64,000 nt of DNA. It comes from Ferribacterium limneticum. Its GTDB lineage: Bacteria > Pseudomonadota > Gammaproteobacteria > Burkholderiales > Rhodocyclaceae. The position numbers and the translations under genes were made by a program. Shown piece by piece: positions 1 to 9,610 of the stretch. The DNA lies in assembly GCA_049304775.1 (NCBI GenBank), contig JBAQOL010000014.1, positions 11,098 to 75,097 of the forward strand. Direction: 5' to 3'. The notes under the pieces were generated by a model. The model was not told the origin of the DNA and did no database searches. It was given only the letters and a program-made list of their open reading frames with translations. Each line of letters opens with the position of its first letter. The first letter of the stretch is position 1.

Positions 1-2
1 GC

Positions 3-422
3 GTGGACCTGCTGGCCCTCAAGCCCTACTTGATCCGTGCCGCCGACACCGGCGTCAAGCGCGGCAGCATGGATCTGGAGATCCACTCGGTCGTCGCCAA
101 GGGCCGCCTCAACGCCCCCGGCATGCTGACCCTGCACGATCTCGAACTGAGCAGCAACGGCTCCTTCATGGGCATCCCCCAGGCCGCCGCCGTGGCGCTC
201 ATGAAGAGCCGGGAAGGCGCCATCCAGGTCCAGTTCACCCTCGACGGCGACATCAACGACCCACGCTTTTCCCTCAACGAACAGATGCTGATCCGCATCG
301 GGGCGGGCCTGGCGGAAAGTCTGGGGATCAGTTTCGAGGGGTTGACCCGGGGTGTCGGCGGGGCTGGCGGCAACGTCGTCCGGGGCCTGGGCGAGACGTT
401 CGGGAAGTTGCTCGGGCAGTAA
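3..422 (+). CDS. C-terminal fragment of a DUF748/AsmA-like protein (5' end outside window)
   Basis: ORF open at the left edge, stop TAA at 420-422. Sequence ...FTLDGDINDPRFSLNEQM... resembles DUF748 repeat units from memory only. Confidence 0.4.
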   Translation: MDLLALKPYLIRAADTGVKRGSMDLEIHSVVAKGRLNAPGMLTLHDLELSSNGSFMGIPQAAAVALMKSREGAIQVQFTLDGDINDPRFSLNEQMLIRIGAGLAESLGISFEGLTRGVGGAGGNVVRGLGETFGKLLGQ

Positions 423-451
423 GCTGGCTCACAAGACCGGATTCCCGATTC

Positions 452-488
452 CTACGGTCAACCGGAAAAAACGGCCAAAATTGAAATC
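452..488 (+). repeat. Dispersed ~40-bp repeat, copy 1 (CTACGGTCAACCGGAAAAAACGGCCAAAATTGAAATC)
   Basis: Read directly. Lies between convergent genes ending at 422 (+) and 505 (-). Near-identical to the 8 other copies listed. Confidence 0.9.
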
Positions 489-504
489 TTCGGCACGCTG
501 AAAA

Positions 505-1962
505 TCAGCGCGCCAGCCCCGCCGCCCACGCCTCGGCCGCCGGCCTGACGATTTCTATCCACGGTCCGGGGTTGATGCCGATGCCGACGATCATGACGAC
601 GAGCGCCACCAGCACGGCCCATTCGCGCGGACGGAGATCGCTGGCGTTGGCAACCGCCGCCCGTGTCACCGGGCCGAAAAACGCCTTGCGATACAGCGAC
701 AAAAATCCGCCGGCCGCGATGGAGAGGCCGAACAGCGCCGCCATGCCGGCGCCGGTATGGCTTTGCAGAGCAGCGATGATGAGCATGAATTCGCCGGGGA
801 AGCTGCTGGTGCCCGGCATGCCGACACCGGCCAGGCCACAGATCATGAAGCCGGTGGCGAGCATCGGCATGGTTTTGGCGGCGCCGCCCAGCGCGTTGAC
901 GTCGGTTGAGCCGGTGCGCTGGCGCAGGAATTCGAGCAGCACGAACGCCCCACCGGTTGCCACCGAGAAACTGAGCAGCAGCGACACCGCGCCTTGCGCC
1001 GCCTGCGCCGTGTAGGAAGCCAGCCCGAGCACGGCCAGCCCGACGTGGCAGATGCTGGCGTAGGCCAGGCCAACGCGCAGGTTGCTTTGGGCCAGCATGC
1101 CGACTGCCCCGTAGAGGATGGCGACGGTGCCCAGCCCGGCGAGCAGCCAGTGCAGGTCGAGCGCCGCCTGCGGCGCGAGCGGAATGGCGAAGCGGATCAG
1201 GCCGAAGGCGCCGAGCTTGAGGCCGACGATCAGGGCCGTCAGCGAACCAGGCGCGGCCAGCGCGAACTGCGGCAGCCAGGTGTGGAGCGGGACGAGCGGC
1301 ACCTTGACGCCGAAGCCGAGAAGGCAGAGCAGGAAAACGGCCGTTTGCGTAGCTCGCGGCAGCGGCGCGCCGAGCAGGACAGTCAGGTCGAAGGTCAGCA
1401 CCGGCTGGCTGGTGGCGAGGATGACGAAGGCGATGAGCAGCGGGATGCCGCCGGCCAGCATGATCAGGAAGTAACGCGTCGCTGCATGGGCGCTGCCGCC
1501 AGTCACGCCCCAGCGGCCGAGCAGGAAATAGAGCGGGACCAGCGTCAGCTCCCAGAAGACGAAGAACAACGCGGTATCGAGGGCACAGAAAATACCCAGC
1601 GTCGCCATCTGGAACAACAGCAGCAGGCTGTAATGCAGGCGCGGCGCGTCGGGCACCGCGTTCCAGCTGGCAACCAGCGAGCCGAGAAATAGCAGCGCAG
1701 TGGCCGGCAAAAAGAGCACGGAAATGCCGTCGACCGCGACGAGGTAGTGAATATTGAGGCTGGCGATCCAGCTCACCCGTTCGAGCAGCTGGAAGCGCGC
1801 CCCGGTCGGGTCGTAGGCGACCAGCGCGGCGGTGGCCAGGGCCAGCGTGACGAGCATAGTGAAGGCCACGACATGGCGCGTCGCCCGCGCCGGCAGCAGC
1901 CAGATCGCCGCGATGCCGCCGATTGGCAGGAACAGGAGCAGGGAGAGCAGCGGCAGGCTCAT
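505..1962 (-). CDS. NuoM/ND4/MrpD-type proton-conducting membrane subunit (PF00361-like), last gene of the dab-like operon
   Basis: Starts MSLPLLSLLLFLP (ATG 1962-1960) in an ATGA overlap with the upstream stop. Polytopic, with motifs VDGISVLF, FFVFWELTLVPLYFLLGRWG and VPLHTWLP typical of complex I subunit M/4. The 929-aa track ORF (505-3294) is an over-extension. Confidence 0.8.
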   Translation of the reverse strand: MSLPLLSLLLFLPIGGIAAIWLLPARATRHVVAFTMLVTLALATAALVAYDPTGARFQLLERVSWIASLNIHYLVAVDGISVLFLPATALLFLGSLVASWNAVPDAPRLHYSLLLLFQMATLGIFCALDTALFFVFWELTLVPLYFLLGRWGVTGGSAHAATRYFLIMLAGGIPLLIAFVILATSQPVLTFDLTVLLGAPLPRATQTAVFLLCLLGFGVKVPLVPLHTWLPQFALAAPGSLTALIVGLKLGAFGLIRFAIPLAPQAALDLHWLLAGLGTVAILYGAVGMLAQSNLRVGLAYASICHVGLAVLGLASYTAQAAQGAVSLLLSFSVATGGAFVLLEFLRQRTGSTDVNALGGAAKTMPMLATGFMICGLAGVGMPGTSSFPGEFMLIIAALQSHTGAGMAALFGLSIAAGGFLSLYRKAFFGPVTRAAVANASDLRPREWAVLVALVVMIVGIGINPGPWIEIVRPAAEAWAAGLAR

Positions 1963-3458
1963 CGCACGAACCTCGCCGCGGCCGCCTGGCTGGCCGTTTC
2001 GGTCAAGTACAGCCAGGGCTCGGTGAAGAAGCCGATGGCCAGCATGGCGGCCAGCGCGATGCCGCAGACGACGTATTCCATCGGCAGCGTGCGGTCGACA
2101 TCGTGGCCGCCGGCTTTGGCCTGCGACAGGAAGGCCCGCTGAAAAGCCCAGAGCAGGAAGCCGGCCGCCGCGACGTTGCCGAGAGCGGTCGCCACTGTCG
2201 GCAGGGCGCCGAATTTGTCGATGGAGGCTTCGAGAATCAGGTGAGCGGCATCGAAACCAGGCGTACCGGGCATGCCGACGATGGCCAGGCCGAAAGTCAG
2301 GAAGGCGATGGCGAGGAAGGGAATGCGCTCGAACAGGCCGGACAGTTCGTGCAGCTCGGTCGTCCCCGTGCGCCGGAAGACGAAGCCGACGATGAACCAC
2401 ATGCCGGTCACCGCCAGCCCGAAGTTGGCAGCGAGCAGCATGGCGCCCTGGATGCCCGACTCGTGCAGGCTGAACAGGCCGATGACGAGCAGGCTGGTGT
2501 GGCTGACCACGGCAAAGGCGAGCAGGCGGCGCAGGTTGCTTTGCTGGAAAGCCAGCGCCGCCGTGAAAAAGACGCCGGCCATGGCGAAACCGACGACGTA
2601 GGGCTGCCAGGTTTCGACCGCCGCCGGGGTCAGCGGCAGGACGAAACGCATCATGCCGTAGATGCCGACCTTGACGCCCACCATGAGCGCCGGGGCAACG
2701 GCGATCAGGCCGTGCTGGGCCATGTTGGGCAGCCAGCCGTGCAGCGGGAAGAGCGGCGTGCGCACGGCCAAGCCGTAGAACAGCAGGTAGAAGGCGGCCG
2801 TCTGGAACTTGCCGACCGGCACGGCGCCGACCAGATCGAAGAGATCGAAGCTCCACCGGCCGCCGGTCGCCTCGGCATGGCCCCAGCCGAGGACCAGGCA
2901 ACCAGCCGCGAAGAGCACCCAACCGAAGGCCTGATACTGGACGAAGCGCGCCAGCGCGTGGATTTCGGCCCGCGACGAAGCCCAGCGCCGGAGCAGGAAA
3001 ACCACCGCCCACAATTCGAGGGCGGAGAAGGCGGCGAACCACGCCACATTGACCGTGACCAGCATGCCGACCAGCCCGGCTTCGGCCAGCAGCAGCACGG
3101 CAAACAGCCGGCCCGGCGAGATCATGCCGCGGCTCATGCCGTACAGTGTCATGAGCAAAGTCAGCAGCGCAACGAGCAGCAAAAAGAGCAGGCTCAGGCC
3201 GTCGACCGCGACGTGGTAGGCCAGAGGCGCAAAGCGTTCGGCCAGTTGCAGGGCGGGCAGGGTCGGGTTGATGTGGCTGACGGCGACGATGCAAAGCAGC
3301 AGTTCGCCGAGCGCGAAGACCTTGCCGAGCGTGACGCCGGTGCGCCGCTCGTTGAGGGCATAGACCACCACCGCGCCGAGCAGCGGCAGCAGTTGCAGGG
3401 CGAGGAGCAGCGGCAGGCTCGCCTGCTCGGTCCAGAAGATTTCGGTCAGGCCGCTCAC
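1959..3458 (-). CDS. NuoM/NuoN/MrpD-type proton-conducting membrane subunit (PF00361-like)
   Basis: 499-aa polytopic protein ([26 protein letters not shown]). GTG start overlaps the dabB stop (GTGA); its stop overlaps the next start (ATGA). Confidence 0.8.
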   Translation of the reverse strand: MSGLTEIFWTEQASLPLLLALQLLPLLGAVVVYALNERRTGVTLGKVFALGELLLCIVAVSHINPTLPALQLAERFAPLAYHVAVDGLSLLFLLLVALLTLLMTLYGMSRGMISPGRLFAVLLLAEAGLVGMLVTVNVAWFAAFSALELWAVVFLLRRWASSRAEIHALARFVQYQAFGWVLFAAGCLVLGWGHAEATGGRWSFDLFDLVGAVPVGKFQTAAFYLLFYGLAVRTPLFPLHGWLPNMAQHGLIAVAPALMVGVKVGIYGMMRFVLPLTPAAVETWQPYVVGFAMAGVFFTAALAFQQSNLRRLLAFAVVSHTSLLVIGLFSLHESGIQGAMLLAANFGLAVTGMWFIVGFVFRRTGTTELHELSGLFERIPFLAIAFLTFGLAIVGMPGTPGFDAAHLILEASIDKFGALPTVATALGNVAAAGFLLWAFQRAFLSQAKAGGHDVDRTLPMEYVVCGIALAAMLAIGFFTEPWLYLTETASQAAAARFVR

Positions 3459-4981
3459 AAGATCACCACGAAAGTCGCCATCACGGCCATCATGAGGTAG
3501 CGCGGTTGTTCGAGCAGATTTTCCAGCGTCCGCAGGTAGGCGCCGGCCCGATGCATGAGCTTTTCGGCCGTGCCGCCCTTGCCGCGCAGGAGCAGGCGGT
3601 ATTCGATGCGTTGCAGGACATCCGAGGCCCAGGCCAGCAGACGCCCGGGCAGGCCGTCGGCAACGACCAGCGGGCGGTCGGCATGGACCGCCTTGCCCTG
3701 CCCCGGCTGGCCGATGGCGTGGTCGATGAAATGCTCTTCGAAGGCGTGGGCATCGCGCGAGAAAGATTCGGTTGGCTGGACGAACAAGGTATCGGCCAGC
3801 TTGTCGAGCCAGAAACGTTGCAGGGCGGCGGTGTACACCAACTGATTGTTACGCAGCCAGGCCGGCGGCGGAGGCGGCCGTTCACGGGTGATGACCAGCC
3901 ACGACGGCGCGACAAGGAAATGCCAGACGCGCCAGCCGGCATGCAGACAGAGATGGACCAGAGCCAGCGTCGTCCAGCCGAGACCGATGGAAACGAACAT
4001 CAGCGAGACCTGGAACAGCGTCGCGAAGATCAGCGCCGACTTGACGTCGGTCTGCACCAGGCCGCACAGCCAGGCGTAGATCGCCGTCAGCGCGCCGGCG
4101 ACGACGAGGCCGAACATGACGTCCGGCACCTGGACGAGCAGCGGTTCGAGACGCAGCATCAAATAGACGCCGGCATGGACCATGACGGCGCCGTAGAAGA
4201 TGGCCGACGACGGTGTCGGCCCTTCGAGCGCCTTGGTGATCCACGCCGAGAAAGGCAATTGCGCCGACTTGGCGAGTGCCGCGATGACGAAGCCGATGAC
4301 CAGCAACCGGTCATTGACGACACTGATCTGCGAGGCTTTCGAGAGCAGCGTCCACTCGAAACCGCCGAGCCATGTCGCGGCCAGCCCGAGGGCGAGCAAA
4401 AAGCCGGCATCGCCGCCGCGATTGGTGACAAAGGCGAACAGCGCGTTGCCGGTCGCCACCGGCCGATGCCAGGCGTAGCCGATGAGCAGGAAGGATGAGA
4501 CGCCGCACATTTCCCAGCCGACAAAGGCAAGCAACCCGTTGCCGGCGAGCAGGACGAGCTGGATGCCGGCCAGGAAGAAACTGAGGGCGATGAAGAAACG
4601 GTGGAAGCCGGCCTCGCGGTGCAGGTAGTTGGCCGAGAAACGCATGACCAGCCAGCCGATCAGGGCAGTCAGCGTACCCAGCGTCAGCGACAGCGGGTCG
4701 AGCATGAAGGAGAAGGTTGCCTCCCAGTTGCCGTTGCCGAACCAGTGGGCGAGGCGAAGGTGGCCGGGGGGGGCGTCGATCAGGGCCAACGTATCGATGG
4801 CCAGCATGAGGACCAGACCGCCGAAAGCGGCGAGCGACGACAGCCGGGCGGTTAGCGGCTCGGCGGCGTCGCCGGTGGCTGTGCCGAGCAGGACGCGGGC
4901 GGCGTTGATGACGACGGCGACGAGGGGCAGGACGGGGACGAGCCAGATCCAGTTGGGGAGAGTTTCGAGCAGGACCATCAT
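3455..4981 (-). CDS. dabB: NuoL-like antiporter-type subunit, DabB-type partner of DabA
   Basis: 508 aa. The N-terminal two thirds are NuoL/ND5-like (FVGWEMCGVSSFLLIGYAW, KSAQLPFSAWI). ATG overlaps the dabA stop (ATGA), with AAGGAG 7 nt upstream. Confidence 0.75.
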   Translation of the reverse strand: MMVLLETLPNWIWLVPVLPLVAVVINAARVLLGTATGDAAEPLTARLSSLAAFGGLVLMLAIDTLALIDAPPGHLRLAHWFGNGNWEATFSFMLDPLSLTLGTLTALIGWLVMRFSANYLHREAGFHRFFIALSFFLAGIQLVLLAGNGLLAFVGWEMCGVSSFLLIGYAWHRPVATGNALFAFVTNRGGDAGFLLALGLAATWLGGFEWTLLSKASQISVVNDRLLVIGFVIAALAKSAQLPFSAWITKALEGPTPSSAIFYGAVMVHAGVYLMLRLEPLLVQVPDVMFGLVVAGALTAIYAWLCGLVQTDVKSALIFATLFQVSLMFVSIGLGWTTLALVHLCLHAGWRVWHFLVAPSWLVITRERPPPPPAWLRNNQLVYTAALQRFWLDKLADTLFVQPTESFSRDAHAFEEHFIDHAIGQPGQGKAVHADRPLVVADGLPGRLLAWASDVLQRIEYRLLLRGKGGTAEKLMHRAGAYLRTLENLLEQPRYLMMAVMATFVVIL

Positions 4982-7900
4982 TTGGGCTCCTTGAAGCTCG
5001 CCATCGTCGGGAAAATAGCTCCCTCCCCGTCAAGGGGAGGGCTGGGGTGGGGATGGGTCAGCGGGGTTCCGTGCCCAAACCCATCCCCCTCCCTGCCTCC
5101 CCCTTGAAGGGGGAGGAGCGTAGTTGCCCTGGCCCCACCAAGAACAATCGCCGGCGCCAGCGCTTCCGACTCACCGGCGAACCAGTCGGCCGAGCGCCCC
5201 ACCTGCGGCAGCACTGCCGGACCGGACCACGGCAGCCAGCCGCGGCGCGGGCAGTAAAGCTCGATTGCTGCGGTCGACGGGGATTTTGCGGCCAAAACGA
5301 TCCATTCGTTGTTGATCAGTTCCTGCAGCGGCGGCTGGCGATTGAGGATGGCGGTCAGCACTTCGGGCGTCTGTTCGACGACGACGAGCAGGCGCATCGG
5401 CTCGTGGATTTCGACCATCTGCCAGGGCAGGCCGGTGCGCAAGTCCGAATCGGCGCCTTCCATGACGCCGAACAGGCCGGTGACGTTGTGGGTGATTTTC
5501 GAACCGCAGCCGAAATGTTCGTTATCGACCGTCGAGAAATAGTATTCGAGGGCGATGCCGGCGCCGACCGGTCCGGCGGCGAGCAGGATGCCTTCGACGA
5601 TGCTGCCGTCGTCATCGCTGGCCGGATCGTAGGAAATCAGGAAAACGCGGCGGTCGAGGAATAGGCCGCGACTCATTTCGCGCCGGCCGATGAAGGCTGC
5701 GGCGTTGGTAGCGTGGCCGAGTTCCGGCCGGGCCTGGGAAATATCGCTGGCCCGCCCGAGCATGTGCTGGCGGGCTTTCCACGGTGTCGGGCGCACTGGC
5801 GCCGAGGCCAGCCGGCGACAACGCTCTGCCGCATGCGCCCGGCAGGCTTCGCCGACTTGGGCCAGCAGGGTGTCGAGCGCCGCATGGAAACGCTCCGGCA
5901 CGGCTTCAAGGTCGTACCACTCGACGCCGTCGTCGCAGGTGTTGTGCTCGGCGGCGATGAACCAGCAGGTTTCGGGAACCAGAAAGCCATGCGCCGCCAG
6001 CCCGGCCCGGACTTCGGGACGATTGGCCATGGCCGCGAAAATCCGCGCATTCGGCCCGCCGTGCTTGCCGGAGCAGGCGCCGCAGTCGTAGGCAGAGAGG
6101 TGGGGATTGTTCTGGCTGCCCGAGCCGTGGCCGAAGAACAGGACGAGCGGGGCGAAATTGCCGGCCAGGCCGATCATGCGCAGGAAGTCTTCGACGTACT
6201 TGACCTGCTCGGCATCGGTCAGGCCCAGTTGCGGTTGCTCGGGCGTCGCCTCGGCTTGCTGCTCGGCGGTCAGGGCGAGGCGGGTGGCCAGCCGGCCGTC
6301 GTATTGTTCGCGCCAGCGCCGTGCCGTTTCGGCGAACCAGCCGGGGGCCAACGTCACCGCCGTCAGCGCGGCGATGGCCGGCAGGCTGCCGAGTGCAGTC
6401 AGAATCGGGCCGGCCACGGCGCGCCGGCGCGTCGCCTGATAGAAAAGTTCGCGCCAGTGCAGGCGCTTTTCGCGGCGGGCGGCGCGCTGGCCCTGTTCGA
6501 TTTCGCCGCCGACACCGCCCAGTTCGCGGACGAGTTGGGTCGGCCGCACGACAATCGGGCAGAGCGCCGTCTTTTCGGCATCGTCCAACCCCTGCCAGTA
6601 GATCGGCACGCCGAAGAAGCCGACGGCGCCATAGGTGACGATATCCGGTGCAACTTCTTCAAGATGGCGGCGCGTGCCCTCCTCGCGGTCGTCCATGCAC
6701 ATGACGACCTGGGCCGATGGCGTGGCCGGCCCGGTCTGGCGCGGATGGTTGGCGGTCAGCGCCGAGAAAAGCTGTTCGCGGTAATGACGTTCGTAGGCGA
6801 GCAGCCAGATCTGGCTGCGCTGCTCGGCAGTCAGGCTGCCGGCGCAGGATTGCAGGGCGACGACTTCTTCGCGGCTCAGCGTTTCGAGGTCAGCCAGCGT
6901 CAGGCCGAGCTGCCGGCACAGCGCGGCGAGTTGCCACGCGTCACCATGGGCTTGCGCCTTGCCGACGAGCGGCGCCACGGATTCCGCCAGGCGACACCAC
7001 TCATTTGCATCGACATGGCCGTTGCGCGCCAGATCGACGAGCCGCGCGGCGCGATCTTGCTTGGCTTCGGGAAGCCAGGGGGCATGGCGAATGTCGCGGA
7101 TGAGCAGTTCTTCCGGATGCTCGACGTAATAGGCCGGCAAATCGGCCAGTGTCGTCGGGCTGCCAGTCAGGCGCCGGATCAGATCGTCGGTGAGCAGCCG
7201 TTCGAGGAGGACACGGACGGCTAGGTAATCGATCATGGCGACCGGCGTGCCGTCGCCGCGTTGCGGGTTGCGGTCGCGCCACAGGAACATGCCGGACCAG
7301 CCGGGCAGTTCGAGGGACAGGCGCTGCAGGTAGCCATACCACAGGCTGTCGTCCGGCATCAGCCGGGGCAGTTCGTCGAGCAGAACGTCGATCGGGCTGT
7401 CCGGCAGATGCAGGATTTCGTCGCGAACGTTGGGCAACTCGTCCATTTCCCAAGCCAGATCGAGCCCGGCACTGGCCCGCCAGGCGGCGAAGAAGCCCTG
7501 ATCCTGCGCCGGATTGCGCCAGGCGGCGACACCGAGGTCGAGATGCGCCGCCAGATGCCGCTGCAGGATGCTGCGTACCCTTTCGAGGATGTCCTCATCG
7601 GCCAGGTGTTCGAGCAGGCCGCGCCATGTCCAGCCTTTGCCGACCCGCGCCTGCAAGACAGCCCAGCGGGCCGACGCCTGCGCCCGCCAGGGCTGCGCCT
7701 CCGGGCTGGACACCGATGCTACGGTCAACCGGAAAAAATGGCCAAAAATGAAATCTTCTGCCAGCCCGCCCTCGCGCTGCAGCCAGTCCAAACGGCTGGC
7801 ATCGGGCACTTCGTTGCCGGCCTGCAGACTGGCCAGGAGGATGTCGCGCCGGGTGAGCGCCCGCACGACCGGCAAATCCAGGTCGGCCAGGCCGAAATCG

Positions 7901-8163
7901 TCGAGGGCGGCGCTCAGGTCGTCGGCGCTGATGCGTCCGCTGGCCAGGCAGTCGCGGAATTTCGCTTCCGGCCACCAGGTCGTCGCCCCGGTCAGTGCAC
8001 TGGCCGCCGTCAGCGCTTCGGCGAAGGGCAGATGCTGGAAACCATGCAGGGTGTTGTGGTGCACGAAATCGCGGATCGGCGCCTGCGCCGGCAGCACATG
8101 CGTCAGATGCTCGACCCAGTGGGCCAGGCGGTCGCGGATGGGCAGGTCGTGTTCGGCGCTCAT
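4978..8163 (-). CDS. dabA: DUF2309/UPF0753 protein, DabA-type inorganic-carbon pump subunit
   Basis: N-terminus PIRDFVHHNTLHGF is typical of DUF2309. Beta-CA-like ligand motifs are present (MCMDDRE; GHGSGSQNNPHLSAYDCGACSG). Start taken at MSAEHD (ATG 8163-8161), 1 nt after the upstream stop. Confidence 0.85.
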   Translation of the reverse strand: MSAEHDLPIRDRLAHWVEHLTHVLPAQAPIRDFVHHNTLHGFQHLPFAEALTAASALTGATTWWPEAKFRDCLASGRISADDLSAALDDFGLADLDLPVVRALTRRDILLASLQAGNEVPDASRLDWLQREGGLAEDFIFGHFFRLTVASVSSPEAQPWRAQASARWAVLQARVGKGWTWRGLLEHLADEDILERVRSILQRHLAAHLDLGVAAWRNPAQDQGFFAAWRASAGLDLAWEMDELPNVRDEILHLPDSPIDVLLDELPRLMPDDSLWYGYLQRLSLELPGWSGMFLWRDRNPQRGDGTPVAMIDYLAVRVLLERLLTDDLIRRLTGSPTTLADLPAYYVEHPEELLIRDIRHAPWLPEAKQDRAARLVDLARNGHVDANEWCRLAESVAPLVGKAQAHGDAWQLAALCRQLGLTLADLETLSREEVVALQSCAGSLTAEQRSQIWLLAYERHYREQLFSALTANHPRQTGPATPSAQVVMCMDDREEGTRRHLEEVAPDIVTYGAVGFFGVPIYWQGLDDAEKTALCPIVVRPTQLVRELGGVGGEIEQGQRAARREKRLHWRELFYQATRRRAVAGPILTALGSLPAIAALTAVTLAPGWFAETARRWREQYDGRLATRLALTAEQQAEATPEQPQLGLTDAEQVKYVEDFLRMIGLAGNFAPLVLFFGHGSGSQNNPHLSAYDCGACSGKHGGPNARIFAAMANRPEVRAGLAAHGFLVPETCWFIAAEHNTCDDGVEWYDLEAVPERFHAALDTLLAQVGEACRAHAAERCRRLASAPVRPTPWKARQHMLGRASDISQARPELGHATNAAAFIGRREMSRGLFLDRRVFLISYDPASDDDGSIVEGILLAAGPVGAGIALEYYFSTVDNEHFGCGSKITHNVTGLFGVMEGADSDLRTGLPWQMVEIHEPMRLLVVVEQTPEVLTAILNRQPPLQELINNEWIVLAAKSPSTAAIELYCPRRGWLPWSGPAVLPQVGRSADWFAGESEALAPAIVLGGARATTLLPLQGGGREGDGFGHGTPLTHPHPSPPLDGEGAIFPTMASFKEPK
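5019..5118. repeat. GC-rich REP/BIME-like double-hairpin palindromic element inside the 3' end of dabA
   Basis: Left arm ctccctccccgtcaaggggagggctggggtggggatgggt and right arm acccatccccctccctgcctcccccttgaagggggaggag are imperfect reverse complements. Each arm contains its own CCCTCCCC/GGGGAGGG hairpin. Confidence 0.75.
7718..7755 (+). repeat. Dispersed ~40-bp repeat, copy 2, located inside the dabA coding sequence
   Basis: GCTACGGTCAACCGGAAAAAATGGCCAAAAATGAAATC, translated in dabA as EDFIFGHFFRLTVAS without breaking the frame. Confidence 0.9.
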
Positions 8164-8164
8164 G

Positions 8165-9610
8165 TCACGTCCCGAACAGGCGGGCGACCTGGCCGACACT
8201 GCCGGCGACCAGGTCGAGCAAGGGGGCCGGCCAGACGCCAAGGCCAACGATGCACAGCGCCAAAATCCCGGCCGCCACCGCTTCGGTCCGCGTCATGTCC
8301 GGCAGGTCCATGGGCTTGCCTTTCAGGCACAGGCGACCGATGACGCGCAGGCTGTAGGCGGCGCCGATAAGCATGGCGAGGCAGAGGATCAGCACCCAGC
8401 CACCCCAGCGCTGATAGCCGCCGACCAGCGCATGCAGTTCGGCGATGAAGCCGGCGCTGCCCGGCAGGCCGATCGCGGCGAGCAGGCCGAAAGCCGTGAA
8501 GAAGGCGAAGCGCGGCGCCTTGCCGAGCAGCGAACCGTAATCGGCCAGATCGCGGCTGTGGGTACGCTGGTAGAGCAGGCCGACGACGAGAAAGAGCAGG
8601 CCGGCGGTCAGCCCGTGCGCCACCATCTGCATGACGGCGCCAGTCAGGCCGGTGACGTTGAGCGTGGCGATACCGAGCAGTACGACACCCATGTGCGAGA
8701 TCGACGAGTAGGCGACCATCGCTTTCAAGTCCTGCTGCCGCCAGGCCAGGATGCCACCATAAAGCAGGCTGATGAAGGCGAGAATGACCAGCCAGTCCTG
8801 CGTCGCCAGCAGCGCGGCGGGCAATGTTTCGGCGGCGCGGATCAGCCCGTAGGCGCCCATCTTGAGCAGCACGCCGGAAAGCAGGATGGACACCGGGCTG
8901 GGCGCTTCGACGTGGGCCAGCGGCAGCCAGCCGTGCAGCGGAAAGACCGGCATCTTGACGCCGAAGCCGATGAAAAAGCCGGCAAAAATCAGCAATTGCG
9001 TATTGAGCGGCAGGCCACGCCCGCCTTCGGCCATGTCGGCCATGGCGAAACTGTGGCCAGGCGCCGCGTCATATAAGAAGAGTAGCGCGACGAGCATGAA
9101 CACCGAACCACCCAGCGTGTACAGAAAAAAGTTGAGCGCCGCGCGTTGCCGGTTCGGGCCGCCCAGCCGGTCGATCAGGAAGAACAGCGGCAGCAGCGTC
9201 GCTTCCCAGAAAACATAAAACAGTGACCAGTCGCGCGCCATGAAGACGCCGAACATCGCCGACTCGAGCAGCAGCACCAGCACGAAATAAAGTCGCGCCC
9301 CCGCTTCCATGCGCCGCGACATCAGCACGGCAATGAGCGACAGCAGCGCCGTGAGCAGCACCATGGCCAGCGAAATGCCATCGACGCCGAGCGCAAAATA
9401 GGAACCGAGCCGGCGGTTCCACGCCCTGCTCTCGAACATCTGCAGCGCCGGCCCGGCCGTGTCGAACTGCCCGGCCAGCCACAGCGAATAACCCAGCGCC
9501 CCCAGCGCAAAGGCCATCGCCACCTGCCACAGCGGCAGGGCGCGACGCACTGGCAGAACGGCCAGCAGGAGCGCGCCCACCACCGGCAGAAAAACCAGCA
9601 CCTTCAGCAT
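8165..9610 (-). CDS. NuoM/ND4-type proton-conducting membrane subunit (PF00361-like), first gene of the dab-like operon
   Basis: 481 aa ([36 protein letters not shown]). Stop lies 1 nt before the dabA ATG. Confidence 0.8.
   Translation of the reverse strand: MLKVLVFLPVVGALLLAVLPVRRALPLWQVAMAFALGALGYSLWLAGQFDTAGPALQMFESRAWNRRLGSYFALGVDGISLAMVLLTALLSLIAVLMSRRMEAGARLYFVLVLLLESAMFGVFMARDWSLFYVFWEATLLPLFFLIDRLGGPNRQRAALNFFLYTLGGSVFMLVALLFLYDAAPGHSFAMADMAEGGRGLPLNTQLLIFAGFFIGFGVKMPVFPLHGWLPLAHVEAPSPVSILLSGVLLKMGAYGLIRAAETLPAALLATQDWLVILAFISLLYGGILAWRQQDLKAMVAYSSISHMGVVLLGIATLNVTGLTGAVMQMVAHGLTAGLLFLVVGLLYQRTHSRDLADYGSLLGKAPRFAFFTAFGLLAAIGLPGSAGFIAELHALVGGYQRWGGWVLILCLAMLIGAAYSLRVIGRLCLKGKPMDLPDMTRTEAVAAGILALCIVGLGVWPAPLLDLVAGSVGQVARLFGT

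Noticed and set aside
505-3294. 929-aa ORF from the track spanning two antiporter-like genes
   Set aside because: Its N-terminal ~440 residues are Arg/Pro/Gly-rich low-complexity sequence read out of frame across the neighbouring gene (1959-3458). The membrane protein starts at MSLPLLS (1962), coupled by an ATGA overlap.
1923-3500. 525-aa plus-strand ORF (similar ones at 5713-7224, 7261-8343 and 7514-9076)
   Set aside because: These are antisense shadow ORFs opposite well-supported membrane and DabA genes. Their composition is dominated by R/G/A/E/Q with no motifs, as is typical of GC-rich DNA.
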